The notes under the pieces are model-generated. The model had not been told where the DNA came from, did no database searches, and saw only the letters and a list, made by a program, of their open reading frames with translations. A stretch of DNA of 63,408 nucleotides, filler included, from Choristocarpus tenellus KU-1152 (lineage: Eukaryota; Protista; Phaeophyceae), in NCBI GenBank assembly GCA_964200185.2. It is 9 parts of 9 records of this genome, joined end to end, with 100 filler letters (N's around TTAATTAATTAA, not from the genome) between each part and the next. Parts side by side here need not be neighbours in the genome. Positions count along the whole stretch, not along the records: positions 8,551 to 13,673 come from CAXNAD020011795.1; positions 13,774 to 18,669 come from CAXNAD020012626.1; positions 18,770 to 34,394 come from CAXNAD020000958.1; 6 more parts are not named here. One strand, 5' to 3'. Position 1 is the stretch's first letter; each line of letters opens with the position of its first letter. The translations under genes were made by a program, and so were the position numbers. Positions 13,531 through 24,000 of this stretch are shown piece by piece.

Positions 13531-13673
13531 AACAGCCGATTTCAAAATTGAGGATGGAGCTTTTAATTGAGGATGGGCTTGACCCAAAATTGACTGGGAT
13601 ACATTAAAAAAACAAACATATCGACACTTTATCCCAGTCAATTTTGGGTCAAGCCCATCCTCAATGAAAAGCT
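13531..13673. mobile_element. Foldback/long-TIR MITE family B, second copy (abuts the LINE fragment; truncated by the contig end)
   Basis: AACAGCCGATTTCAAAATTGAGGATGGAGC...CTTGACCCAAAATTGACTGGGAT...ATCCCAGTCAATTTTGGGTCAAG, the reverse complement of the arm ending at 8700. Confidence 0.75.
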
Positions 13674-13862
13674 NNNNNNNNNNNNNNNNNNNNNNNNNNN
13701 NNNNNNNNNNNNNNNNNTTAATTAATTAANNNNNNNNNNNNNNNNNNNNNNNNNNNNNNNNNNNNNNNNNNNNTTCGACACAGGGATATCTCGCAACAGC
13801 TGTAACCCAACTAGAGGAGGAGTAGAGCGCGACCATCCCACCAATGTCGACAACTCTCTCAC

Positions 13863-14761
13863 CTTTTGGTACATTCTGCGGATCTCTGCTAGTGACACTT
13901 TTTTCTTCTTCGTTTGTCGCTTGATAGCTTCTTGGAGCTTGTGCTGAAAAATATCTTATCGTATAACGTGCGCTCAACCACACTCTCGGTCGCGTCGTTG
14001 AGTGCTATAAGCTTGGCGGTGCAGTGGGCAAACGGGACAAGGGTTAGATGGGGAGCGGTCGCAGGACACACGCGGCCTGCGGCACTGAGAAACATGTTGC
14101 TGTGGACAAAAATACCACGAGGGATAAAAAAGATGAGCAACGAAAAGATCCACAATGGGCTGACTGACAATGAACATAGCAAGGGAAACTCGACAACAAC
14201 TTCGTATATCAGAATAGTCATCAGACGATCATGGAACAACGAAAACACTCAACTTACTTCGGTGCTTAGTTGATCAGAACGGTCAGGCGATTATGGAACA
14301 ACGAAAACACTCCATCACCCACTTTTGGCAATTAGCCTCTCTTCTGTTTGGTCGAACTCCATATAGATCCGCATGGTGAAAGCGTGCTCGGGATCAAACA
14401 CTCTCTTCAGCACCGTTACTCTATGGTTTCCGTCCAATACACGCCCTTCAATAGCAAGCGCAGTTTCAGCGTTAAGCTGATCCATATTACCTAAACTTTC
14501 TTGCTGGATAACAACACTTGGTGCAAACTGATCCAGTCAGCCTTTCTCCTTTATAGACTTCTTCACGCGCGCAAGGCCACGCTCGCTTAAAGGACGCACC
14601 ATATCTGTGCATGTGACGTGAACGAGTTTCATCTTGTATGACCCCAGATAATGTTTATCCAGTAGCTGGGACATGCCAGTAGGGGATAGGTCCCGCGTTC
14701 TGGATTCCAAACTTTTCCCATCAGCGGGCGGGTGGGTTGTTGTTCTTGGAATGTTGGACAT
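13863..14761 (-). pseudogene. ParB/sulfiredoxin-like domain gene, spliced and disrupted (exons ~14761-14323, 14004-13863; probably continues beyond the contig)
   Basis: VRPLSERGLARVKKSIKEKG*LDQFAPSVV...GRVLDGNHRVTVLKRVF...ERLIAK|TLNDATESVVERTLYDKIF. Phase-1 GT-AG junction, in-frame TGA at 14537-14539, and an apparent 1-nt deletion in a T-run at ~13947-13951 before QHKLQEAIKRQTKKKKVSLAEIRRMYQK|gtgag. Confidence 0.7.
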
Positions 14762-15101
14762 GGCAAAGATTGGGAGGGTGTGATGGGGATGGATAAGTAA
14801 GAGGTTTGCATGGTAACTATGGAAGGGAATGAATTGAAATGAGGACTGAGGGATGGGAGGTGCTGTTTTATGTCGTCTGGTCTGTCGATCCTCAAAACTC
14901 AGATTTCACATTTTTTATGAAAATTGCGTTACAAAAATACGAATATCAAACAGCATATGATTTCATATTGAACTGGGACAGAGAGTGTCTGTATTTTTGT
15001 GACCTTTTCGTTTCGTACGTTTCAAACGTATTAGATCAATGAAGGATGTGGTTTTTATCTGTATTTGTTGGTGTAAAGATTAGAATGTCATTCTACTTTT
15101 G

Positions 15102-15410
15102 GAAAAACCCTAACGCACGTGTTCTGAGTGTTTAACGGTAAACAAGATTACTGGTAACCGTGAATAACATAGATCCGCTTTTTTTATGTTATCTAGTGTT
15201 TATTTTATCCCCAAAGACGCCAAAAAGCGGATTTAGGGTTTATTTAAATAGTGGGTACCAGTTGGAAATACTTCTTAGGTTTTCTGAAAATTGGAAACGT
15301 GTGAGACCCATAAAGTGCGTTCTTGGTATTTAAAAAAACCCTAAGAACGGTTTTTAGTGGATTTAGTATTAAAAAAAACCCAAACGCACGTGTAAAGTGG
15401 ATTTAGAGTT
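15102..15410. repeat. Degenerate repeat cluster AAAAACCCTAA(N~15)GTGGATTTAG(G/A)GTT
   Basis: Related units at ~15103, ~15215, ~15331 and ~15371 (AAAACCC-AACGCACGTGT occurs twice; GGATTTAG three times). Confidence 0.55.
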
Positions 15411-16149
15411 AGTCGTGATTAGTGGTAATCACTCTTAACTAAAGATAGACTACTACTGGGCTGATACATTCCGGAAGTTCATGCCTCACAAGTCAACAAT
15501 TGTGATCTACGCCGCGAACAAGCAGGTCGGTTTTTCCCTTGGTTGTGGAGAGGTTGGCTGCACCCTGTGTTGGAGTTGGATGCAAACCATGTGACCCGGC
15601 AGTACGTAGAAAAGATGGATCTAAGTAGTATATCGAGTGGTGGATGTTCATTACCTTGACCGGTTTGATATAATGGTTAATAGAACGTGTCAAGATTCAT
15701 ACAAAGTGCTATCTTTTTCGTTTGCTATGTCGATATATCAATATTCATTATGATAGTCGTTGTCGATTTTATGAAGGAAGACACAATAAATGTTATTTCA
15801 ACGCCGAGCACACATACTCTGCGGCCCTGGACCCGTTCTGAAATTGGTAGGAAAAGTGTGTACTTTGTATGTCCAAAGCGCTTTGCGATGATGATGATGA
15901 TGGTAGATTCGCCTCCTTTGTCGCCTCTGCGAACGGCAGCGAGGCTCGAGCCGAACGATGCTCATGGCAGATTTAATCAGATCATTGTATTTGCTCTATC
16001 GCAACCCATGATGTAAGCTTGCTTGTTGTCTTCCGCGTTCTCAGTAAAGTTATTGATCAGTCCGCCTTTGAGAGATGTTGCAGGGGTGTTCTTCGAGTGT
16101 TCCTTCTCAGTAACTCCTCACTTGCCCACACAACCAACATTTTAATTAG

Positions 16150-18629
16150 GAGCTATACAAGGATTTATGCAAAGAGGCAATATGGGTGTATCCTGACGAC
16201 CCTTCCAAGTGGGTAAGCAAGGAGTACTTCCTCCGATTGCTCAGAGAGGACAGGCCCAACATCCGGGTGAGGGTAGGAGGCGAGTTTATGAAATGCCACA
16301 TATGTGTCATGTTAAAAGAGAAGCGGCACGGTGCACCTGGTGTAAAACCCACGAACGACTCCACTGTCCTCGGGTCCATCGATAAGGAGCTGTCAGACCA
16401 TCGACAGGTAGGTGTCCAGCGTTAATTTTGCAACAAGGGTACGGTGACAACATATCACCGTCCTTGCCCTCCGTTTTGAAGTAAATCCGTATCCTTTTGC
16501 GAATGAAGACTCCCACGTAGGTGTTTATGGCAGCAGCAGTAGCCTCACTCACCACAAAACTTGCTGTTATTAGCTGCCCAAACATCTTGTAAGACAGACT
16601 GCTTTCTGGTAGTGTACAACGGACTGTGGGAGGGACAGGTCATGTACCGGTCTTCCAGCCTGGTACGTGCGTATTTCCTACCATCCCAATAACTTGGTGT
16701 TTGTTTTGAACGCAGCAATAAAAAACATATCCCAATACTAACATCTATTGATGCCCAGACTATATTTTTGTCACAAACTAACCTGATACGTGTTAACAAG
16801 CGGCGTTTAAAAAAAAAAATCTGAGCAGATTTATTTGATTAATTCACGTGATGTTGCTGTCCCCAATTGGCCAGATTATCAAAGCGGATCGGTTGGTCAT
16901 CGCCAACAGCACCAGCAACGCCATGCGGGCCAAAGCCAGCAGCAAACCTCTCGGCTTCGTGTTCATGTCCGTAGACGCCGCGACCCAGACAGCACACGCC
17001 CTCCCAGCACTTTACCCACCTACCCACGGCGGTGGCAAGTAACCACACGCACGCACAGTTCATCCGACAAGAACTTTGCAGTCGCACGCGGAACAGAATA
17101 GACGACCATGTTTTACCCTACAGATGAGTGCAAAGTCCCAAGAAATAATTGCCAATACAAACGCACATAATTCCACTACCTATTCCGTTCATCATGATGA
17201 TCTTTCTTTACATGTTCCTTTCGTTCATGTCCCCCTTATCAGGGGCTACTCCGAGCGCCAGAAGATCATGGCCGCAGACGTCGAAGGCTAGTTCGCGGAG
17301 GTGTTCTTCACTCCTATCAATCTTGGAGGAGGTACGTACTGTAGAGTAGCGTAAGAGCTAATCAATGGGTAGTGGAGATCGCAGACATGTACATCAGCCG
17401 TATGGGTGTATGTCCTCTACATTGCATAAACAAATTACATTACCCCTCTTTTTAGCTCCAAACTAACAATGGATAAATGAGCAGAGTACTTTTTGCCAAC
17501 AGTTGTTGAACATCATTTTTCGCGCAGGTTGTAACCTTGTCTGCACCGCCACCCACCTTGCCCTCACAAGGCTTATTGACAAGTACCGCAACAGCCTCGA
17601 TGACTCGAGGAATTGCATCATCCAGCATGCGCATTGGCAGGTAAGATGGTTTCATCTTGACACGACCTACTCAACACATACTCGCTGAATACCAGTCACC
17701 AAGTAACTAACTGCACGGACTTTAGTTTTGGTTTGTGTATTGCAACCTGCATGTATTATGGCGGTGATGTAGAGATTGCGCTCTAGCAATACTGGAAACC
17801 TACCCTGTTCCTCCACGAAACGCGGCCAAATGGGCTGACATATTGGCCTCACGCCCATCCCTCCCTCGCTCCTAACTCCCCAAACTGGCCAGGTTGACAA
17901 CTGCGTCACAGAGAACAAGAACAATTTCTTTCTCGAATATGCGGGGCTGTTGGTTGCAGCGAGTGTCATTCGTGTGGTCGAGATACATTTTATGATGGTG
18001 GGGCACACGCACATCAAAATCGATCAGATCTTCTCCAGGTAATTAGGCAAGATATGCGAGTTCAATAGTCACATAGTGTTTTTATATGCATAGATACAGC
18101 CTCGAGGCTTGCAGCTCACGCTTGTTGTATTCCTGGAAGGTTTATGGCCGTATGCTGTAATTGATCGATTGACTTTTGATTTCCCCACAACAAAATTTAC
18201 CGATAAGAGCAGCTGCCAAAACTGTTTCGTAACATACTCTCGAAACAAAACAATGAAAAAAATGTACGCATCACCCAATTTTATATTGATTTTTCCATAT
18301 ACATGCATCAGAGCATGTGCTTGCATATATATCCTCCTTATCCACTTCGCTTCTTTCGCCCCCGCCTCGAAATTAACTTGCTTGCATTTCACCTTCAGGT
18401 TCTCACGTGCAATAAAAGGGAAAAACATATTCACAAGAACACAGCTGGGTGAAGAGCTGCAGGCCTCCTACTCGGAGGTTCCAGTATACTACAGGACCCT
18501 GAGGAACTAGGGCAATTTCAAGGGACTCCTTCGCAGTCGCATCAACCGTGTCCCCAACATCACGAGCTACAGGACTTTTCGCGTTGAAAAAGGCGGTGAT
18601 GGGCAGGTGAAGGTTAGCGTAAAGCGATA
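16150..18629 (+). pseudogene. Intron-containing Sola-like (DUF7869-type) DDD transposase pseudogene (exons 16150-16407, 16875-17038, 17243-17331, 17528-17640, 17893-18038, 18399-18629)
   Basis: Six phase-compatible GT-AG exons: FMKCHIC (CxxC), FMSVDAATQ (D1), WQVDNCVTENKNNFFL (D2), FMMVGHTHIKIDQIFSR (D3). In-frame TAG at 17289-17291 and 18508-18510. Cut at the 3' side by a MITE terminus. Confidence 0.82.
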
Positions 18630-18669
18630 GAGTCAAAGTATCTTAGAGGGTAGAGCCGCGTCCATTTGG
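18630..18669. mobile_element. MITE family A2 terminus, truncated by the contig end
   Basis: GAGTCAAAGTATCTTAGAGGGTAGAGCCGCGTCCATTTGG is the near reverse complement of 10733-10772. Confidence 0.7.
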
Positions 18670-20959
18670 NNNNNNNNNNNNNNNNNNNNNNNNNNNNNNN
18701 NNNNNNNNNNNNNTTAATTAATTAANNNNNNNNNNNNNNNNNNNNNNNNNNNNNNNNNNNNNNNNNNNNCTCTACAGACACCAAGCAATCTCGCTGGGCT
18801 TATCACCTTAATCCTCTTTGATGATTTTGGGGATACTTTAACACACTCCTCCTTCTTCCTTTCTTCATCTATATTCTGCCCAACCCAGCAAGGAATGAAT
18901 CAATACAATTGTACACATAAGTATTGGGAAACAACCTTTTCTTTGACAACTTCATGTCCATACCCTCAGCGACGAAGATCGTTAGCACTCTGGCACTGTT
19001 TGCCCGTCCATTCGCAATGGTTGTATCAAGCGTAATGAGGTCCCTTGCGATGTGCCAGAAAGCAGGAGTTGTCCAAAATAAGACAATAGTGAGGTGTACC
19101 TTATTTTGTGTATATGAGATTATTGTGTTGAATTGAGTCCATGNNNNNNNNNNTAGTACATCCGGATTATGTATGGGATTATGTATTGGTATTTATTCCG
19201 CATTCAACTACTTGACAAAACTGTTGACTTATATAGGAAGCACAAATAAATAATAAACAAGCAATAAGAAGACACCACATAAAGGTCACTCTTCTAATTT
19301 CAACCATCTATTATTTTTCACATTCAGCAAAGGGGTCGTGTGAGGCTTCACACCCTCTTATCTTCACCACTGAGAAATAGCATTACCTCCCAAGGTAGTT
19401 TGCACAGGAGTCAAATAGTCCTTTCGGTGTGGTCATGAGTTAGACCGAGAGGTAGGCAGGGTTGCATGTCGAGGATTCTGAGAGAGGGCAAAAAGATGGC
19501 ATCTTGTACAATTGCAGAAATAGCCATTGCTCACTTTTGGTGTCACTTTGTGTTTGGAAAGGGAGACTATCAAGTGTGTGTACATTATTGTGCAGATGAC
19601 ATGATTTGACCCTCATCTTTTTATAAAGATATTTTTGAGCGTTGTACCTGACCCCTCATTTGCATCCTTAAAAAAACACGAATTTTCTGTTTGGTTGATT
19701 CTGTTGCAGATGAGACCTCTATCACCACAGTAGAGGTGTAAAATCGTGTGTTTGGAAAAGAGGGGATGTACAAGTGATTGAAGAGAACAAAACTGTGATT
19801 AAAAATTGTCAAAGGGACACGGTTACTCCAATGAATTAAGAGCAAATACTGAAGAATTTTCAATGTCGAAGAAGCTTGAACATGGTTAAGGCAATGAAAA
19901 AGGAAATAATATGCTGGAAAAAGTTGTTCATACACAACGGACAAAACTACAAGTGTTGACGGTGTTATGGCCTCGTGCGATGAGTTGGACATTTCACTTC
20001 TTTCCATCATCCGTTTTACTTCGTAGGGGTGGCTGAGCAGCCCACGCTGCTCCGTCTTTACTGTGTAATGGGATTTGTTTGCGGTTAAATGTAATCCATA
20101 TCCACTAATCTTCAAATCACCTATACAATCTCCTCTCGACAACCTCCTTATAGAGATGTATGTATTGCCGTTCACTGGTCACTGCAATGTTCGCATCCAT
20201 CAGAGGTTACCCCCTAGTTCAGGGGCAGTCACCAAGATCGACTCTTTGAGAAAATTATACTATCACATAGTATCCTTCTCTTACTTCTTTCTGGCATCCT
20301 CCCGTCCCATTTTACGCAGAGGTACTTCCCCTAGTTCCTTGCACTCGTGTCATCCTACTCTTGTAGCTAGCTGTAGAACGACTACCACAACATCTTCCTC
20401 GAGCATGTGCTCTCATTCTTTTAGGGACAATTATCCTTCGTGGCAGTCTCCTGGTATTGTCCTTGAGCATGTCTATGACGTTTCCTTTAGGATGACATCC
20501 CCACCACTGCTCAAGATGAAATCTTGCCCAAACTTCGCCTACCATGTATCTCTGCGGCTCAGTTCACCCAAGGAGAAGACGGGAAGCCTGCTATTTATCT
20601 GCCGAATGGATAGTGGAGGTTCTGTTGACATCACGACAAGAAATGTCATATATAGGTAGAAGAATTCCCTGGAGTGGAACCACACACAAGTATAGTAGTG
20701 TGTTCTGTTGACAAACACATTGACAGTTGGGGTTAAGACGCTATGTTGAGAACAAACCATTATATTCTTTAATTTCAGATACAACACAATAAATGTGTTT
20801 AATTAATAACTTCCCCACTTGTATGTACAAGGACGCAAAAGTGTGGAAGTCCGGATTCTTATGGGTTTCTGGTTTGTGAGCACCATTTAAAATTGGACTT
20901 GGGTTTAGTCGATGATACAGTAAGACTAATAATGTCGTCATGTGTGGAATGCATCGTAT

Positions 20960-21050
20960 TTTTTATTGATATGCCCTCTGACATTTTGCAGATGTGTCAG
21001 GGGAGAAACCAATGAAAACTATACATATGTCGTTATTAGCCCTAAAGAAA
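20960..21050 (-). mobile_element. Short 3'-terminal fragment of the RLE/CRE-like LINE (others at ~12791-12845, ~33655-33750, 34322-34394; opposite strand ~10917-10960)
   Basis: ATGCCCTCTGACATTTTGCAGATGTGTCAGGGGAGAAACCAATGAAAACTATACATATGTCG is near-identical to the other copies. Confidence 0.75.
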
Positions 21051-24000
21051 CGTATCGTTCGGGGTAACTGCATAGGGTTATACCGCTCCATCGACCTCCA
21101 ATGTCATAGTCAGCAGAGTTCAGGATTTTCCAAGTTTGTCAGTGGCCCACCGGGCTATGTAATTCTATCTTATATTGTTTGTGAGGTTGTCAAAATCTTA
21201 TATGACGATGAAAGCATATTTATTAGAGTTACGCAAGGACTGAAGTGTAGAGAAGCCAGGACAGTCCAGTTTTGTGCTTGTTGGGGCTGAGTGAAAAACT
21301 TGTACTGATGATGTATGTTACTGTTGAGGATGTCCAAAATTTTCTTGCGATGATTTGGGTGAGGAGCAGTTGGACCTTGTCCAAGTGTGCCAACATAATT
21401 ATCGGCAGACCCTCCTCCCAGGTTTACGCCAAGCATAATAAGGTCCTTCAAGACAAAATAATATTTTAACCTGCATTGAATTGTCATGCGAACTTCAAAA
21501 TTATCATGACCACCAGATATTTATGTGAGGAAATCTGGTATCATCAACCCCCCGAATTTCATGTAGTAAATTTCCTCTTGTAAACAATGAGACACGAGGA
21601 TGTACTTGACAGAGTTCGCAGAAAAGAGGTACCAATACATTCAACTCAAATCATCTGCATTAATTCGTGGGTTCAAACCAATTGAGTCAAAGCAACACAC
21701 TTTTTCGTGTTCAAATCTGTGACCAGAGAATATAATGATTCTGCTGTTCACCGCATGAGTCCCATTGCTTTAAACCCCGTGACGCCAAACTTGTTTTCAC
21801 ATAAACCGTTTCTCATGGAAAGGAGCAGTATGAAAATACACTACTAGAGGTACAAGGAAAGGGAGGTGGGATGACAATTGTTGCAAATATCCACTACTTC
21901 GTGTCTAGAGGCGGGTACTACTCTGGAGTACTACATTGTAGTAACTATTATTCTTCACATTGCTCTTATTGTGGTCAAAAGGTTGTCAGACGAAGGCAAT
22001 ACACACTGTTTTGAGAGATACAACGAGTCCCAAAGAAGTAAATGAGAGAACTCAGTATATCCACAGGATTGACGAAGAGGATTTACATGTACTGCACTAA
22101 TTCCAAGAATACTGATTTATACCAGGTCAATCAATTCAGAGTCTATCAAGAAAAGCTCCTATTGTGAATATGTGTACACGTTGGACATATCCATTTCATC
22201 TTGAGTGTTGCGTAAGAGGGGACTGAATGAGTTTGGAGCACTCTTTTTGGACCTATTCCGTTTTCTGACTCCCACAAACAACGAACGTGATACTTTTTTG
22301 AACACTCACTTTTAGTTCAAAAGAAGTACTCACGATAGCTATTTCGAGTAGAAAGAAGTATAGGTAGAAATGTTGGTACTCTGGCGTCACTCCAGCCACA
22401 TCTCTTACATCTCAAGACAAATAGTGCGAAACCGAGGTGTCTAAAGTGGATATATGCTGACCTTTTTTTCATCCCTAGTATATTCTCAGGACGTAAGGGA
22501 CTGGGTGCTTTGTTGTGGCAAGGAGGAGGAGGCATTTCGTCTATCCTGGTAGTGCAGGTGTATTTGTTGGTTCATGAGTGGCATAGATAAATCTCAAGGC
22601 AGAGGGCACTTCCATTTTATAGATTTAGGACATGAATTTTTCCCACGATTTTTTCAATAGAGGCCAATTTGATCTAAGAAATGACAACTTGCTCTACGGA
22701 AAAGGGTTTAACCTTTTTCTTTTCTTGTAGAACTGCCCCCTATCCATGCTTACACTGGAGACATTGATGCATACTGCTTCACATTTTCCCTTTTCCCTGT
22801 TATCACTAATTCTCTTTTAATTCTCTACCCCGTCGCACACTTCACCTCCATCAACCTGAGGAATTTGCGATAAACTGCAGATTGTTGTGAAAGGTCGCTC
22901 CATGTATCACTTCTTCAAACAACGAACACACACAGAAACTCACAATCATGCGCGCAAATGCAAAGGTATCAAAGATAGGAAGGTATGCACAAATGAAGAA
23001 AATTGTAATATCGAAAAAATACACTATTAAATACTTTGAAGTAAGACACAAATTGCAACTAAGCAATAAAACTGTAACATAGACCTCCTACAACAATGGC
23101 ACCCCCCTCTACAATTCCCCCCCCCCAAGAACGCTAAATGGTGCCTTGTAGGACCCATCTGGTGTGGTACTACTCGAACCTTGTAACCAAGAAAGCAGAC
23201 GTCACGCACCTCTGTTCTTACGATCATACAAAAAATAGGAGTGGGTGGAGATTCGAGTAGCTTATTGTCCGTTGCGTCTTATCCAAGTATAACGTGTATA
23301 TGCACTGGTGTGCACATTGTGTTAATTCTCGATTTAGTAAATGATACAAGAAGAAGTGTCAGAAGCTAGAGTTCACAGGGACATCCATTTTGGTACGCAG
23401 ATGTGTTGCTCGCTGATGAAATTGGCAGTGTCCATCAGTTGCAGAGGGTGTAATAAATGAGAGTGTAAAACGAGTAATATATAGATGTGATGGACGAAGA
23501 GTCAGAAGATCAACAACACTAGGCACAATACTATAATTCATTGTAATATAGCTACAATGCCAATTTATGAAAATTTCCTACAATATTAAAGTAAATTGTA
23601 TGAAAAAAGAGCTGTTGACCTCATATCACTATCCCAACCAAGGAGTCCACACTTAGCCATTGAAGAATTATAACCAGCTGAGCAGCATCCAGGGCATCAT
23701 ATGGTCGTATGTAAACTATTGAAGAGTACAACAGTACGGTAGGCGTGTAAACGTATATATCGTATCGTTTAGCTAAACACTATCAATTAATGATGCAACA
23801 CCCGAAACACTCCAACCCAAGACATATGTAGCAACATAGAACTGGTAGCGATCTGGTACAAACATATGAAATATATTGCAAAACCAGGTGGGAACCGGCA
23901 GACAGACCCTTCAGTCTGAAGAGGAGCGGGAAGACCCAAAGGTGGGCGTGGAAAGGAAAGAGATGATAAGGAAGGGCAGTCAAGTCAAAGAAGGTGACAC

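Noticed and set aside
13531-13641. N-terminal part of ORF 13237..13641
   Set aside because: Derived from the foldback element; only the portion below 13530 is LINE coding sequence.
14537-14539. In-frame TGA as selenocysteine or a reassigned stop codon
   Set aside because: The same gene has an apparent frameshift, the neighbouring transposase has TAG lesions, intact genes here end in TGA/TAA normally, and no SECIS was identified. Decay is the simpler explanation.
18630-18669. Terminus as the right TIR of the ParB-transposase element
   Set aside because: It is oriented as the start of a new element running into the gap and appears to cut the transposase reading frame, so it is a secondary MITE insertion.
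20075-20659. 194-aa and overlapping 184-aa (19621..20175) ORFs
   Set aside because: No recognisable motifs, non-protein-like composition and no splice support.
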